NCBI GenBank assembly: GCA_038108555.1
Contig: JAYNIA010000006.1
Coordinates: forward strand, 12,874-76,873
DNA: 64,000 nt
From: Nitrospinota bacterium
GTDB taxonomy: Bacteria > Nitrospinota > Nitrospinia > Nitrospinales > VA-1
Direction of reading: 5' to 3'
Shown: piece after piece, positions 39,251-48,440 of the stretch
Numbering within the stretch: the stretch's first letter is position 1
How the letters are laid out: each line of letters begins with the position of its first letter
Notes under the pieces: model-generated
Database searches by the model: none
What the model saw: only the letters and a program-made list of their open reading frames with translations
Told to the model about the DNA's origin: nothing
Program-made: the position numbers and the translations under genes

Positions 39251-41707
39251 AGGATTTGCTGGATCGATACCCCATATATCTTTAGCGTATTCTGCTACAG
39301 ATCGATCGCTCGAGAAATAACCCATATTTGCGGTATTTAATATGGATTTTCGAGTCCACGAATCTGAATCCTGATATTCCCTGGCGACTTTTTCATGGCA
39401 TTCCAAATAGGATTCCAAATCAGCAAGGACCAGATAATGATCGTTATGACTGAAAAAATAGTCAGAGATGGGTTGGAATAATTCTGGTATATCGGGTGAG
39501 AAAAACCCGTTTCGTATCTGGTCGAGAGCTTCTTTGATTTCCGCATTGTTTTGGTAAATTCCCCTTGGGTCGAAACCCTCGTGCTTTTTCTTTTGCGCTT
39601 CTTCTGCATTGAGGCCAAATATAAAAATATTTTCTTCGCCGACCTCCTTTAAGATTTCTACATTGGCCCCATCGAGTGTTCCAATTGTTAGCGCTCCATT
39701 CAAAGCCAGTTTCATGTTTCCCGTTCCTGATGCCTCCATCCCTGCGGTGGAAATTTGTTCAGATAAATCTGAGCCGGGAATAATGACTTCGGCCACACTC
39801 ACGGAATAGTTGGGGATAAAAATCACTTTTAACCTGTCTCGGATGGCAGGGTCGTTATTGGTTTTTTCTCCAACGGCATTGACAAGTTTGATAATCAGTT
39901 TAGCCATGGCATAACCAGGAGCCGCTTTTCCTGAGAAAATTTTGGTGTATGAACCGGTAACACTGTCCGGGTTTTTTACCAGGCGATTATATAAAATGAT
40001 GCAATGTAAAATATTTAACAACTGCCGTTTGTACTCATGGAATCGCTTGATGTGGACATCAAAAATGGAACCCTGATTGACAGTGATTCCTAGTCTTTCT
40101 TGTATAAGGCTGGCAAGTCTTTCCTTGTTTTTTCTTTTTACCTCTCGCCATTTTTCGCGAAAGGCCGGATCTTCGGCTTTGGGTATAAGCGATTGAAGTT
40201 TGAAAAGATCTTTTACCCATCCGTCACCAATATTCTTATTAATTAAATCGGAAAGGTCGGGATTGCAGGATTTTAACCATCGTCTTTGCGTGATTCCATT
40301 GGTTTTGTTGTTAAAACGTTCTGGGTGCAACTCGTAAAAATCACGGAACACATCTTTTTTAAGAATGTCTGAGTGAATTTCCGCGACACCATTTAAGGAA
40401 TGGCTTCCGATGATCGCTAAATGCGCCATGCGAATAGATTTTGAAAACCCTTCTTCAACCAGCGACATTCGCCGGACGCGTTCAATGTCATCTGGAAACT
40501 TTTCTCGTACTTCTTTTAAAAGGTGATCGTTTATTTTGTAAATAATTTGTAAATGTCGCGGTAACAGTTCCTGCATCAAATCAAGTGGCCATTTTTCCAA
40601 TGCCTCGGGGAGAACCGTGTGGTTGGTAAAACCAAAAGTAGGTACCGTGATATTCCAGGCCTCGTTCCAGGAAAACTTTTCTTCATCTATCAGGATGCGC
40701 ATAAAGTCTGCAATTGCCAGGGCGGGATGGGTGTCATTCATTTGAATGGCGACCTTTTCCGGAAAAAGAGAGAAGTCAGAATGCGATTTTTTAAATCTTC
40801 TGATGATGTCTTGCAATGAAGCAGAGACAAAAAAGTACTCCTGCTTCAGCCTTAATTTTTTTCCATTGCGGTTTGCATCACTTGGGTAAAGGACTTTGGA
40901 AATTATTTCGGTGTTGTGTTTATCTTTCAGGGCTTCAAAATAGTCTCCTTCATTGAATAGTTTGAGATCCAATTCCAGATCCGAACGCGCTCCCCACAAT
41001 CTTAAATTGTTGACGGTCTGATTTTTATAACCGGGTACCGGGATGTCAAATGGCATGGCCATTACCCGGGAGGTATCGACCCATTTGTATTCGGGTTCTC
41101 CTCTTGAGTTGAGAGTTGTTTCAACTCTTCCCTCAAATTGAACCGGATAGAGGAACCGGGGACGGGGGATTTCCCAAGGGCTGCCTCGCCGCAACCAATT
41201 ATCAGCCGTTTCCACCTGGTACCCATTAATTATTTTTTGATAAAAAATGCCGAATTCATATCGAATTCCATAACCCCATACGGGGACACCCAGGGATGCA
41301 AGCGATTCCATAAAGCAGGAAGCGAGTCGTCCGAGACCACCATTTCCCAACCCTGCCTCTATTTCCATTTCCTCTAGTTCGCCCAAATCATAACCCAGTT
41401 CTTTCAGGGCTTGGCTGAACTCATCGTAGAATCCCAGGTTGATCAGGCTATGATTGAGCAGACGGCCTATCAAAAATTCCATAGAAAGGTAATAAACTCT
41501 TTTAGAGTCATTTTCATAATAGGAATGCTGGCAATCCAACCATTTCTTGATCAGGCGATCCCTTACGGATAAAGCAAGGCTGGTATAAAGATCCCTCTTT
41601 GTAGCTGATAAGGTGTCGTCAGCAAGTGAATATTTAAGGTGAAACTCAAAGGATTTTTTTAAGGCTTCTACGCTGGTTTCGTCTGCCCAGTCCTGATTCT
41701 TTTCCAT
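39212..41707 (-). CDS. glgP: glycogen/maltodextrin phosphorylase
   Basis: GLGNGGLGRLA, QMNDTHP, KRFHEYKRQ, EASGTGNMK (PLP lysine). Confidence 0.97.
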   Translation of the reverse strand: MEKNQDWADETSVEALKKSFEFHLKYSLADDTLSATKRDLYTSLALSVRDRLIKKWLDCQHSYYENDSKRVYYLSMEFLIGRLLNHSLINLGFYDEFSQALKELGYDLGELEEMEIEAGLGNGGLGRLASCFMESLASLGVPVWGYGIRYEFGIFYQKIINGYQVETADNWLRRGSPWEIPRPRFLYPVQFEGRVETTLNSRGEPEYKWVDTSRVMAMPFDIPVPGYKNQTVNNLRLWGARSDLELDLKLFNEGDYFEALKDKHNTEIISKVLYPSDANRNGKKLRLKQEYFFVSASLQDIIRRFKKSHSDFSLFPEKVAIQMNDTHPALAIADFMRILIDEEKFSWNEAWNITVPTFGFTNHTVLPEALEKWPLDLMQELLPRHLQIIYKINDHLLKEVREKFPDDIERVRRMSLVEEGFSKSIRMAHLAIIGSHSLNGVAEIHSDILKKDVFRDFYELHPERFNNKTNGITQRRWLKSCNPDLSDLINKNIGDGWVKDLFKLQSLIPKAEDPAFREKWREVKRKNKERLASLIQERLGITVNQGSIFDVHIKRFHEYKRQLLNILHCIILYNRLVKNPDSVTGSYTKIFSGKAAPGYAMAKLIIKLVNAVGEKTNNDPAIRDRLKVIFIPNYSVSVAEVIIPGSDLSEQISTAGMEASGTGNMKLALNGALTIGTLDGANVEILKEVGEENIFIFGLNAEEAQKKKHEGFDPRGIYQNNAEIKEALDQIRNGFFSPDIPELFQPISDYFFSHNDHYLVLADLESYLECHEKVAREYQDSDSWTRKSILNTANMGYFSSDRSVAEYAKDIWGIDPANPSPAPARLANQKG

Positions 41708-41916
41708 CTTGGATTATTTATAGGGTTAATAGAGTTTTCAAAGGTAAAAATGGTGCGAGACAGTATTGATAATTTTTATACTATATTAAAATTTAAAAAA
41801 ATGCATGGGTTTGGTTAAAAGTGGTAAAAATGGTGGTGTATTGGATTTTTGCCGGGGAAACCTAAGCTCTTTTTTCCTGTAAAAAATAAAAATTAAATCC
41901 TTGGGAAGTTTATAAC

Positions 41917-42723
41917 ATGCGAAAGTTGCTTGCAAAGATAAAGGTTTTGATTTTTATCTTTTTTTTATGTTTTGGGGGATGTCAGATGAATTCTGACTCT
42001 GACCCGGTGCCGCTTGATCGGGTTGTGATTGCCATTGATGCCACTTTCATTCCCATGTCTTTTATGAACACTGAAAACGAATTGGATGGTTTTGAGGTCG
42101 ATTTAATAAAGGAGGTCGTTCGGGAGGCCAATTTGGAATACGAACTGGTGAATGTAGAATGGGGCGGATTATTCGGGGGTTTGATCACAAAAAAGTTCGA
42201 TTTAGTAATAAGTTCTGTGGGAATTATTGAAGAGAGAAAAAAAAGAATGGCGTTTAGTATTCCCTATTTGCAGAGTGGGGCGGCCGTATTGGTTAGAAAC
42301 GATATTGGAGAGGTTGGGTCTCTTGAAGAACTGGAAAAGTTAAACGCCCGGGTGGGGGTGCAAATTAATACCACTTCTTATTTCTTCCTGGAAAAATTTT
42401 CAGGGATAAATATTAAAACATTTGAAAAATTCGGTCATGCTGTGATCGATTTGGCTAACAAAGGGGTGGATGCGGTGGTGGGGGACTCGGTTCAGGTCAA
42501 TTACTTTTTTAAAAAGAATAAGGATTTGGAAGGACGGGCCCGATTCCTGGGTTCGAGAATGACATCAGAATTTTATGGAATTGTTATGCGAAAAGAAGAT
42601 GGCCGGCTAAAAAGTAAAATCGATTCAAGTTTAACTCGCCTTTTGAAAAACGGTACCCTGGAACGGTTGCATAAAAAATGGCAGTTGGGAGGGTTTGCAA
42701 CCGTCCCACATGTTTCCTCTTAG
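41917..42723 (+). CDS. amino acid ABC transporter substrate-binding lipoprotein (family 3)
   Basis: Lipobox FGGC; DATFIPM, GFEVDL, EERKKRMAFSIPY. Confidence 0.88.
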   Translation: MRKLLAKIKVLIFIFFLCFGGCQMNSDSDPVPLDRVVIAIDATFIPMSFMNTENELDGFEVDLIKEVVREANLEYELVNVEWGGLFGGLITKKFDLVISSVGIIEERKKRMAFSIPYLQSGAAVLVRNDIGEVGSLEELEKLNARVGVQINTTSYFFLEKFSGINIKTFEKFGHAVIDLANKGVDAVVGDSVQVNYFFKKNKDLEGRARFLGSRMTSEFYGIVMRKEDGRLKSKIDSSLTRLLKNGTLERLHKKWQLGGFATVPHVSS

Positions 42724-43991
42724 ATTATCAGGCAACCTGCAATGCACCCTGTAAGTAAAGTTGCGAGAAAGGCTGTCCACAAGGCCTGAAACCCTATCAG
42801 CGATATTTCGTTGGCTCGGGAAGGGACTAATGCGGTAAGTCCTCCCACAAAAATTCCCATACTTGAGATATGCACAAAACCGCATAAGGCATATGTCATT
42901 ATAGTCATCGAACGCAGAGAAAGGGTGGTTTCTGTTGCCTGTATGGATGCGAGTGAAAAGTAAGCCGATACTTCTGTTTCAATAAACCGGGAACCGAGAA
43001 TTTGTGAGGCGACTTGCCATTCTTCAGGTTTTAGTCCAAGCAATACAGAAAAAGGAAATGTGATCCACCCAAGCAGGCGTACTGCAGATAGAGGTTGTCC
43101 CTGAAAGTTTGGAAGGGAGCCCAGAATAAGATCGAATAAGGCCTCCAGACCCAAAACGATTATCAGGACCGTAGCGATCCCCACCGCCATTTTTACACCC
43201 TGAGTTCCACCGTCCACCAGAGCGCTCATTAAGCCGGAGTGTTGTGATTTATCGTTTTCTGAAATGCTGCCGAATGTTTCTGGTTGTTCCTGCTCTGGGC
43301 AAAAAAGCTTGCTGACCAAAATAGAACAGGGAATGGAAATCAGGGAGGCAGAAACAAGGTGCCCTGCAATATTGGGAAAAACTTTTTGCAGTGCAATGAC
43401 ATAGATTCCCATGACGGTGCTTGCAACCGTCGCCATCATGCAAGTCATCAAAGTTAATAATTCCGATCGCGTCATTCCCTGTAAATAAGGTCTTACGGTT
43501 AACCCGGACTCAATTCCAACAAATAAATTGGCTGACGCAGAAAGCGCTTCTGCTCCCGATAAGGAAAGGATTCTATGAAAGATTTTTGCGAATAGACGAA
43601 CAATTTTTTGCATGATCCCAAGGTGATATAAACCTCCCAAAAGTGCGGAAAAGAAAATCACTGAAGGAAAAACCTGGAAAGCAAGTACAAAACCAATGGA
43701 TGGAGTTCCGTCCGGCAGGGTTTGTCCGGGTCCCAAAGCAAGAGGACCAAAAAGGAACACTGCTCCTTTATGAGATGCGCTTAACAAAGAGATTAGGGTG
43801 TCATTTATCCATTGCAGGGCAGATCTTGATGCGGAAAACCAAAAAGTCAAAACTCCCAATACCCATGCAAGAAAAAGGCTTCCAAAAACAGTTTCTAGCT
43901 TTACCTTTTTACGTGCGCCCGTGACCCAGGCGATTTTCAAAAGAATGAAGAAGCCGCCAAACGAAACCAAACGATAATTAAAATCTTCCAT
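42720..43991 (-). CDS. NupC/CNT family nucleoside transporter
   Basis: AFQVFPSVIFFSAL, ANLFVG.E, TRSEL, YALCGF.H.SS. Confidence 0.9.
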   Translation of the reverse strand: MEDFNYRLVSFGGFFILLKIAWVTGARKKVKLETVFGSLFLAWVLGVLTFWFSASRSALQWINDTLISLLSASHKGAVFLFGPLALGPGQTLPDGTPSIGFVLAFQVFPSVIFFSALLGGLYHLGIMQKIVRLFAKIFHRILSLSGAEALSASANLFVGIESGLTVRPYLQGMTRSELLTLMTCMMATVASTVMGIYVIALQKVFPNIAGHLVSASLISIPCSILVSKLFCPEQEQPETFGSISENDKSQHSGLMSALVDGGTQGVKMAVGIATVLIIVLGLEALFDLILGSLPNFQGQPLSAVRLLGWITFPFSVLLGLKPEEWQVASQILGSRFIETEVSAYFSLASIQATETTLSLRSMTIMTYALCGFVHISSMGIFVGGLTALVPSRANEISLIGFQALWTAFLATLLTGCIAGCLII

Positions 43992-44053
43992 AAACAGGTT
44001 TTTGGGTTAGGGGAGGGGGTTGGTCATGGATTAGAATTAGAACTATTATTTGT

Positions 44054-45076
44054 TTGTATGGCTATTTTGTTTTTACTACGGAAAAATTTCAGGTTTTTGT
44101 TTTGAAAAAGAAAATTTCTTTGGTTTTTATCTGGGTCATTGTCGCATATTTTCTATACGAATTCTTTAAGACTGTTGATTTTGACCGGTTCTGGAAGGAA
44201 ATTGAAAACGCAAGTGCTGGATGGCTGGTGATAGCATTTATTTTTAATTTTTCAATTCTTATAGTTTGGACCTCATTATGGTCTGTTCTAATTCCCGGGA
44301 ACATTTTTGTTTCTTTTTCTAAATTATTTCAAGCAAACACCTTTATGTCCAGTTCCTGCAATACCCTTCCTTTTCCGGGGGGGCATGCGGTGGGTCTGGT
44401 TTTGTTGGCCAAGGTGGCAGAAATAAAACATTCTGTGGCGTTATCTATTTTGGCTCTCGATCAGATGATGGAGGGGATTGTCAAAGTGGTTGTCCTAACC
44501 CTTGCGGCAAACTTTTCTCCCTTGCCTGAGAAAATGCAACAGGGGATCCAGTTTTTTATTGTCCTGATCGTGATTTTTACAGGGTTCATGTTTTATGCTG
44601 CTCATAAAGTTCCAAACTTGAATATTTCAGATCGCGAGAAATCCTCTTCCCTTATTTTCAAGTTTAAAGAATTTCTTTCGCAATGGGCCGGGCATTTGGA
44701 ATTGCTAAAGAACCATAAAATATTTAGTAAAGGTTTGTTTTTGGCTTTGATGATGATGGCTCTGCAGACAATGGGAATTTGGGCCACACAAATGAGTCTG
44801 GGTCAAGAGCTTCCTTTTTGGGCAACTATTCTGGTGATGGCGGCTTTGAACCTTGCCACCATTTTCCCCCTGACTCCGGGTAATTTTGGAATTTATGAAG
44901 CCACCGCATTTTTAATTTATAAATTTTCAGGGTTGTCTCCGGAAATTGCATTGAGCCTGGCATTTTTGCAACACGTTTGTTTTCTAGTACCTATGGCAGG
45001 TACGGGATGGTTGGTGCTTTTGTTCCAATCTCTGAGCACCATGAGAGGGAAAAACAAGGATTTAGGCAATTTCTGA
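44054..45076 (+). CDS. lysylphosphatidylglycerol-synthase TM domain (UPF0104) putative flippase
   Basis: NTLPFPGG, PLTPGNFGIYE; multi-pass membrane protein; start may be TTG 44102. Confidence 0.8.
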   Translation: MYGYFVFTTEKFQVFVLKKKISLVFIWVIVAYFLYEFFKTVDFDRFWKEIENASAGWLVIAFIFNFSILIVWTSLWSVLIPGNIFVSFSKLFQANTFMSSSCNTLPFPGGHAVGLVLLAKVAEIKHSVALSILALDQMMEGIVKVVVLTLAANFSPLPEKMQQGIQFFIVLIVIFTGFMFYAAHKVPNLNISDREKSSSLIFKFKEFLSQWAGHLELLKNHKIFSKGLFLALMMMALQTMGIWATQMSLGQELPFWATILVMAALNLATIFPLTPGNFGIYEATAFLIYKFSGLSPEIALSLAFLQHVCFLVPMAGTGWLVLLFQSLSTMRGKNKDLGNF

Positions 45077-45417
45077 TATTGTTTTTGATGGATAGCTTCA
45101 AGCCTATGATTTTTTTGAATTAAATGTTTCAAAAAACTTGCCTTGCGATTTTATACGGATTTATTACAGACTTTCTAAGTAGTTTTTTTTGATCCATTTA
45201 AGTTAGGTAGGAAGGTGGTTTTATGTTAAGATTTGCTGTGAAAATGGGGGAAGGTGTCGTAGAAAATTTATCAGTAGAACCCTTAATGTAAATTAATTTT
45301 TACCAGGGGAAATTTGCTAGGATTTTACTGGAACGGTTTAATGTTCCAACGGCCCAGACCCTTAAGATTACGGGAAGAAATTTTTTCCCATTTATTTATT
45401 GTTGGAGGTTATTGGGT

Positions 45418-45618
45418 ATGGCTGAAGGAAAAGTAAAATGGTTTAATGACAGCAAAGGGTATGGGTTTATCGAATCAAGCGATGGCGAAGATTGTTTTGT
45501 TCATTTTTCTGAAATTCAGGGAGAGGGATTCAAAACTTTAAAAGAGGGCCAGGAAGTAGAATTTGAAAAAAGCATGGGGCAAAAAGGACCGCAAGCATCA
45601 AAAGTGATTCCAAAATAA
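45418..45618 (+). CDS. cspA: cold-shock protein
   Basis: [35 protein letters not shown]. Confidence 0.93.
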   Translation: MAEGKVKWFNDSKGYGFIESSDGEDCFVHFSEIQGEGFKTLKEGQEVEFEKSMGQKGPQASKVIPK

Positions 45619-45635
45619 ATTTCTTGCGAAATTGC

Positions 45636-45671
45636 AAAACCGACAGGGCGCTAGGTCCTGTCGGTTTTTTT
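45636..45671. terminator. intrinsic terminator (probably bidirectional)
   Basis: AAAACCGACAGGGC-GCTAG-GTCCTGTCGGTTTTTTT between convergent genes. Confidence 0.85.
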
Positions 45672-45701
45672 GTTTAAACTCACCTTTTTTATTTTAGTTT
45701 T

Positions 45702-46664
45702 TCAAGACTCCTCAGTCTTGGAGGCAATCACAAACAAATTGAAACCATAGCCGGCAATGTCAAACAAGGGACCGAGGTAGGTAAGCGGATTTAAAGTATT
45801 TTTTATGTCTCTTTTTGCAGACCGAAGAAACCGATTTGCCAGGTCTTTGGGTTTTTCTGATTTGTCGTAGGGGATAAATCCCTTTGATTCCAAAAGTCCT
45901 TTTCTGGCTTTGTTTGTCTTCGTTGAAACAACTTTAAACCCTGCCTTCTTGAGCAAGTTGTTTAAACTTGCCCCGGAAAAAAAATAAAAATGTTGCAGGA
46001 TTTTATAACCCGTCCATTTTTCTTTTAGAAGGATGGCGTTCTTGACATTGGGTGTCCACATTACCAAAAGACCCCCGGGCTTCATTACTCGATTAATTTT
46101 TTTTAAACTTTCGAGAGGATTCCGCAGGTGTTCAATGAGGTCCCATAGAGTGACGACATCAAACATTTTTGGGTCATAATCAAGGGAATCATCCAAAGAT
46201 TCCAGTCGTATGCTTTCCAGTGCAAAGTGTTCCCGGGCATATTTAATATATTCTGGAAGAATCTCTAATCCATGGCAGTCCCAGCCTCTTTCTTTTGCGC
46301 AATTTAAAAAGAACCCCGCACCACATCCTATATCGAGTAAGGTTCCCTTTTGAGGGTAATGGTTTTCAATTAAACTCAGCCGTGAGTTATAAAGTTTTGA
46401 GTAGGATTTGATACGCTTTTGGCGTTCGAGAATATAATTGGAGTGAATTCCCGATTCATTATCATTTCCCGTCATTTCTTTCTGGTAGTTGTTTTTCATC
46501 TCTTCTACGGAGGGGAGGGGATTCACAAACTCCAAATGGCAATCCTTGCAGCGAACAACGATGGTATTATCATTCCGAATGCAGACCGGGTCAAAATTCA
46601 ATGATCCGCAGCAAATACATGGAATCCGATCACTTTTTGAAGATTCGAAAGCCGAGAGTAGCAT
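45702..46664 (-). CDS. class I SAM-dependent methyltransferase with N-terminal Cys cluster
   Basis: CICC...CKDC zinc-ribbon-like N-terminus; LLDIGCGAG; WDLIEHL; TPN. Confidence 0.85.
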   Translation of the reverse strand: MLLSAFESSKSDRIPCICCGSLNFDPVCIRNDNTIVVRCKDCHLEFVNPLPSVEEMKNNYQKEMTGNDNESGIHSNYILERQKRIKSYSKLYNSRLSLIENHYPQKGTLLDIGCGAGFFLNCAKERGWDCHGLEILPEYIKYAREHFALESIRLESLDDSLDYDPKMFDVVTLWDLIEHLRNPLESLKKINRVMKPGGLLVMWTPNVKNAILLKEKWTGYKILQHFYFFSGASLNNLLKKAGFKVVSTKTNKARKGLLESKGFIPYDKSEKPKDLANRFLRSAKRDIKNTLNPLTYLGPLFDIAGYGFNLFVIASKTEES

Positions 46665-46873
46665 TCTAACTGTCCTTTATAGTGTGCTGGCCAAGGTTTG
46701 CGGCTTTAAGGGAGAAATTATTAACTCTGGAAATTAACAGGAAAATGGAGACAGAATCAGAGGTATGGTAGGCCATTTATTTCCTGTTTGCAATATTCAA
46801 TGAAAGGCCTCAATGTGTGGTGTGTAAATGGTACAATTTATTGTTTAATTAACCCTGAAACTAGAGGTTGAAT

Positions 46874-48310
46874 ATGACTAAAGCCGCATTTACTCCTAAC
46901 GCAGGTGACAGCATTGTGGTTCGGTTAAAAATTGAAGGTCAGGCAAAAATTCTCCCTTTGGTAATGACTGAAATCGGCAGCCTTGAAGGACATATTGGCG
47001 CGGTGGATATTGTTCGGCCTCTTAAAAATGGGGGTTCCATTCGGGATATCAGTATTTATACATCAGGGGTTGAGCACGGAGAAAAAATTGTAGAAGCCAT
47101 AGGAAAAATTTCCGGAGTGGAGGTGGTTCAACATTCGGACAGGACATTTTTGGTTCACCTGGGTGGCAAAGTGGATGTTTCTTCAAGGAAGGAATTAAAA
47201 ACCCGCGATGATCTTTCCATGGCATATACACCAGGGGTTGGCAGGGTTTGCATGGCGATCCATAAAAAACCTGAAGATGTTTATAAGTTAACTATTAAAG
47301 GAAATACGGTTGCCATTGTTACCGATGGGACTGCTGTTTTAGGATTGGGAGATATTGGTCCTGAGGCTGCCATGCCGGTGATGGAAAGAAAGGCAATGTT
47401 GTTTAAGGAGTTTGCAGGTGTCGATGCATTTCCAATTTGTTTAAATTCGAAATCAACCGATGAAATTGTCCAGGTGGTTAAGGCAATTGCTCCAGGCTTT
47501 GGCGGAGTCAACCTGGAAGACATTGCTGCGCCACAATGTTTTGAAATTGAAAAACGGCTTCAGGAAGAATTGGATATTCCCGTTTTTCATGACGATCAAC
47601 ATGGAACCGCAGTAGTAGTTTCGGCAGCATTGATTAACGCTTTAAAGTATTTAGGAAAAAGCCATGACAAAGCAAAGGTTGTAGTTCTTGGTGCGGGGGC
47701 AGCTGGCACGGCTTGTACAAAAATGATCAAGCAACTGAAAATAGAGAATATTGTCGTTTGTGACCGGAAAGGTGCTATCAATAAATCCAGGGGTGATTTG
47801 AATGAAGCCAAGCAATGGTTTGCTGAAAACACCAACCCGGAGGGGTTGTCCGGCAAGTTAGGTGAGGTTATTGAAGATGCGGATCTCTTTCTGGGAGTTT
47901 CGGGTCCAGGACAGTTAACGGTTGAGGACTTAAAAAAAATGGCAAAGGATCCTGTGGTATTTGCTTTGGCAAACCCGATTCCGGAAATTTTACCGGAGGA
48001 AGCGGCACCTTATGTGGCGATCATGGCCACAGGCCGCAGTGATTATCCTAATCAGATAAATAATGTCCTTTGTTTTCCAGGACTTTTTCGTGGCGCTTTG
48101 GATTGTATGGCCACCCAAATTAATGAAGAAATGAAAATGGCCGCAGCGCAGGCCATAGCAGAATGTATTTCAACGGAATGTTTGCAACCCGATTATATTA
48201 TTCCCAGCGTTTTCGATACCAATGTTGTTAATAAGGTTGCTGAGGCAGTAATAAAAGCCGCGCGAGAATCGGGCGTTTCCCGAAGTCGAGGTAGAAAGAA
48301 ATTCGAATAA
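46874..48310 (+). CDS. NAD(P)-dependent malic enzyme with N-terminal ACT domain
   Basis: AYTPGV, TDGTAVLGLG, NLEDI, HDDQHGTA, GAGAAG, TGRSDYPNQINN; GAGG RBS. Confidence 0.93.
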   Translation: MTKAAFTPNAGDSIVVRLKIEGQAKILPLVMTEIGSLEGHIGAVDIVRPLKNGGSIRDISIYTSGVEHGEKIVEAIGKISGVEVVQHSDRTFLVHLGGKVDVSSRKELKTRDDLSMAYTPGVGRVCMAIHKKPEDVYKLTIKGNTVAIVTDGTAVLGLGDIGPEAAMPVMERKAMLFKEFAGVDAFPICLNSKSTDEIVQVVKAIAPGFGGVNLEDIAAPQCFEIEKRLQEELDIPVFHDDQHGTAVVVSAALINALKYLGKSHDKAKVVVLGAGAAGTACTKMIKQLKIENIVVCDRKGAINKSRGDLNEAKQWFAENTNPEGLSGKLGEVIEDADLFLGVSGPGQLTVEDLKKMAKDPVVFALANPIPEILPEEAAPYVAIMATGRSDYPNQINNVLCFPGLFRGALDCMATQINEEMKMAAAQAIAECISTECLQPDYIIPSVFDTNVVNKVAEAVIKAARESGVSRSRGRKKFE

Positions 48311-48440
48311 CATTATTTTGATTAGTATTTATTGATACAATCTGTGTGGTACCCTTATACAAGTTTCACCTTTAATTTTTCTGCGGATAATCTGGTCTGA
48401 TTTGCTCTCCAGGGTTTAACATTTCATTTTCCCAACATGT

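Noticed and set aside
45077..45417. cspA thermosensor 5' UTR
   Set aside because: A long upstream region exists, but I could not identify a promoter or a conserved structure from the sequence alone.
46689..46702. sigma54-like TGGCCAAGGTTTGC upstream of the malic enzyme
   Set aside because: GG and GC are 9 nt apart rather than the required 10.
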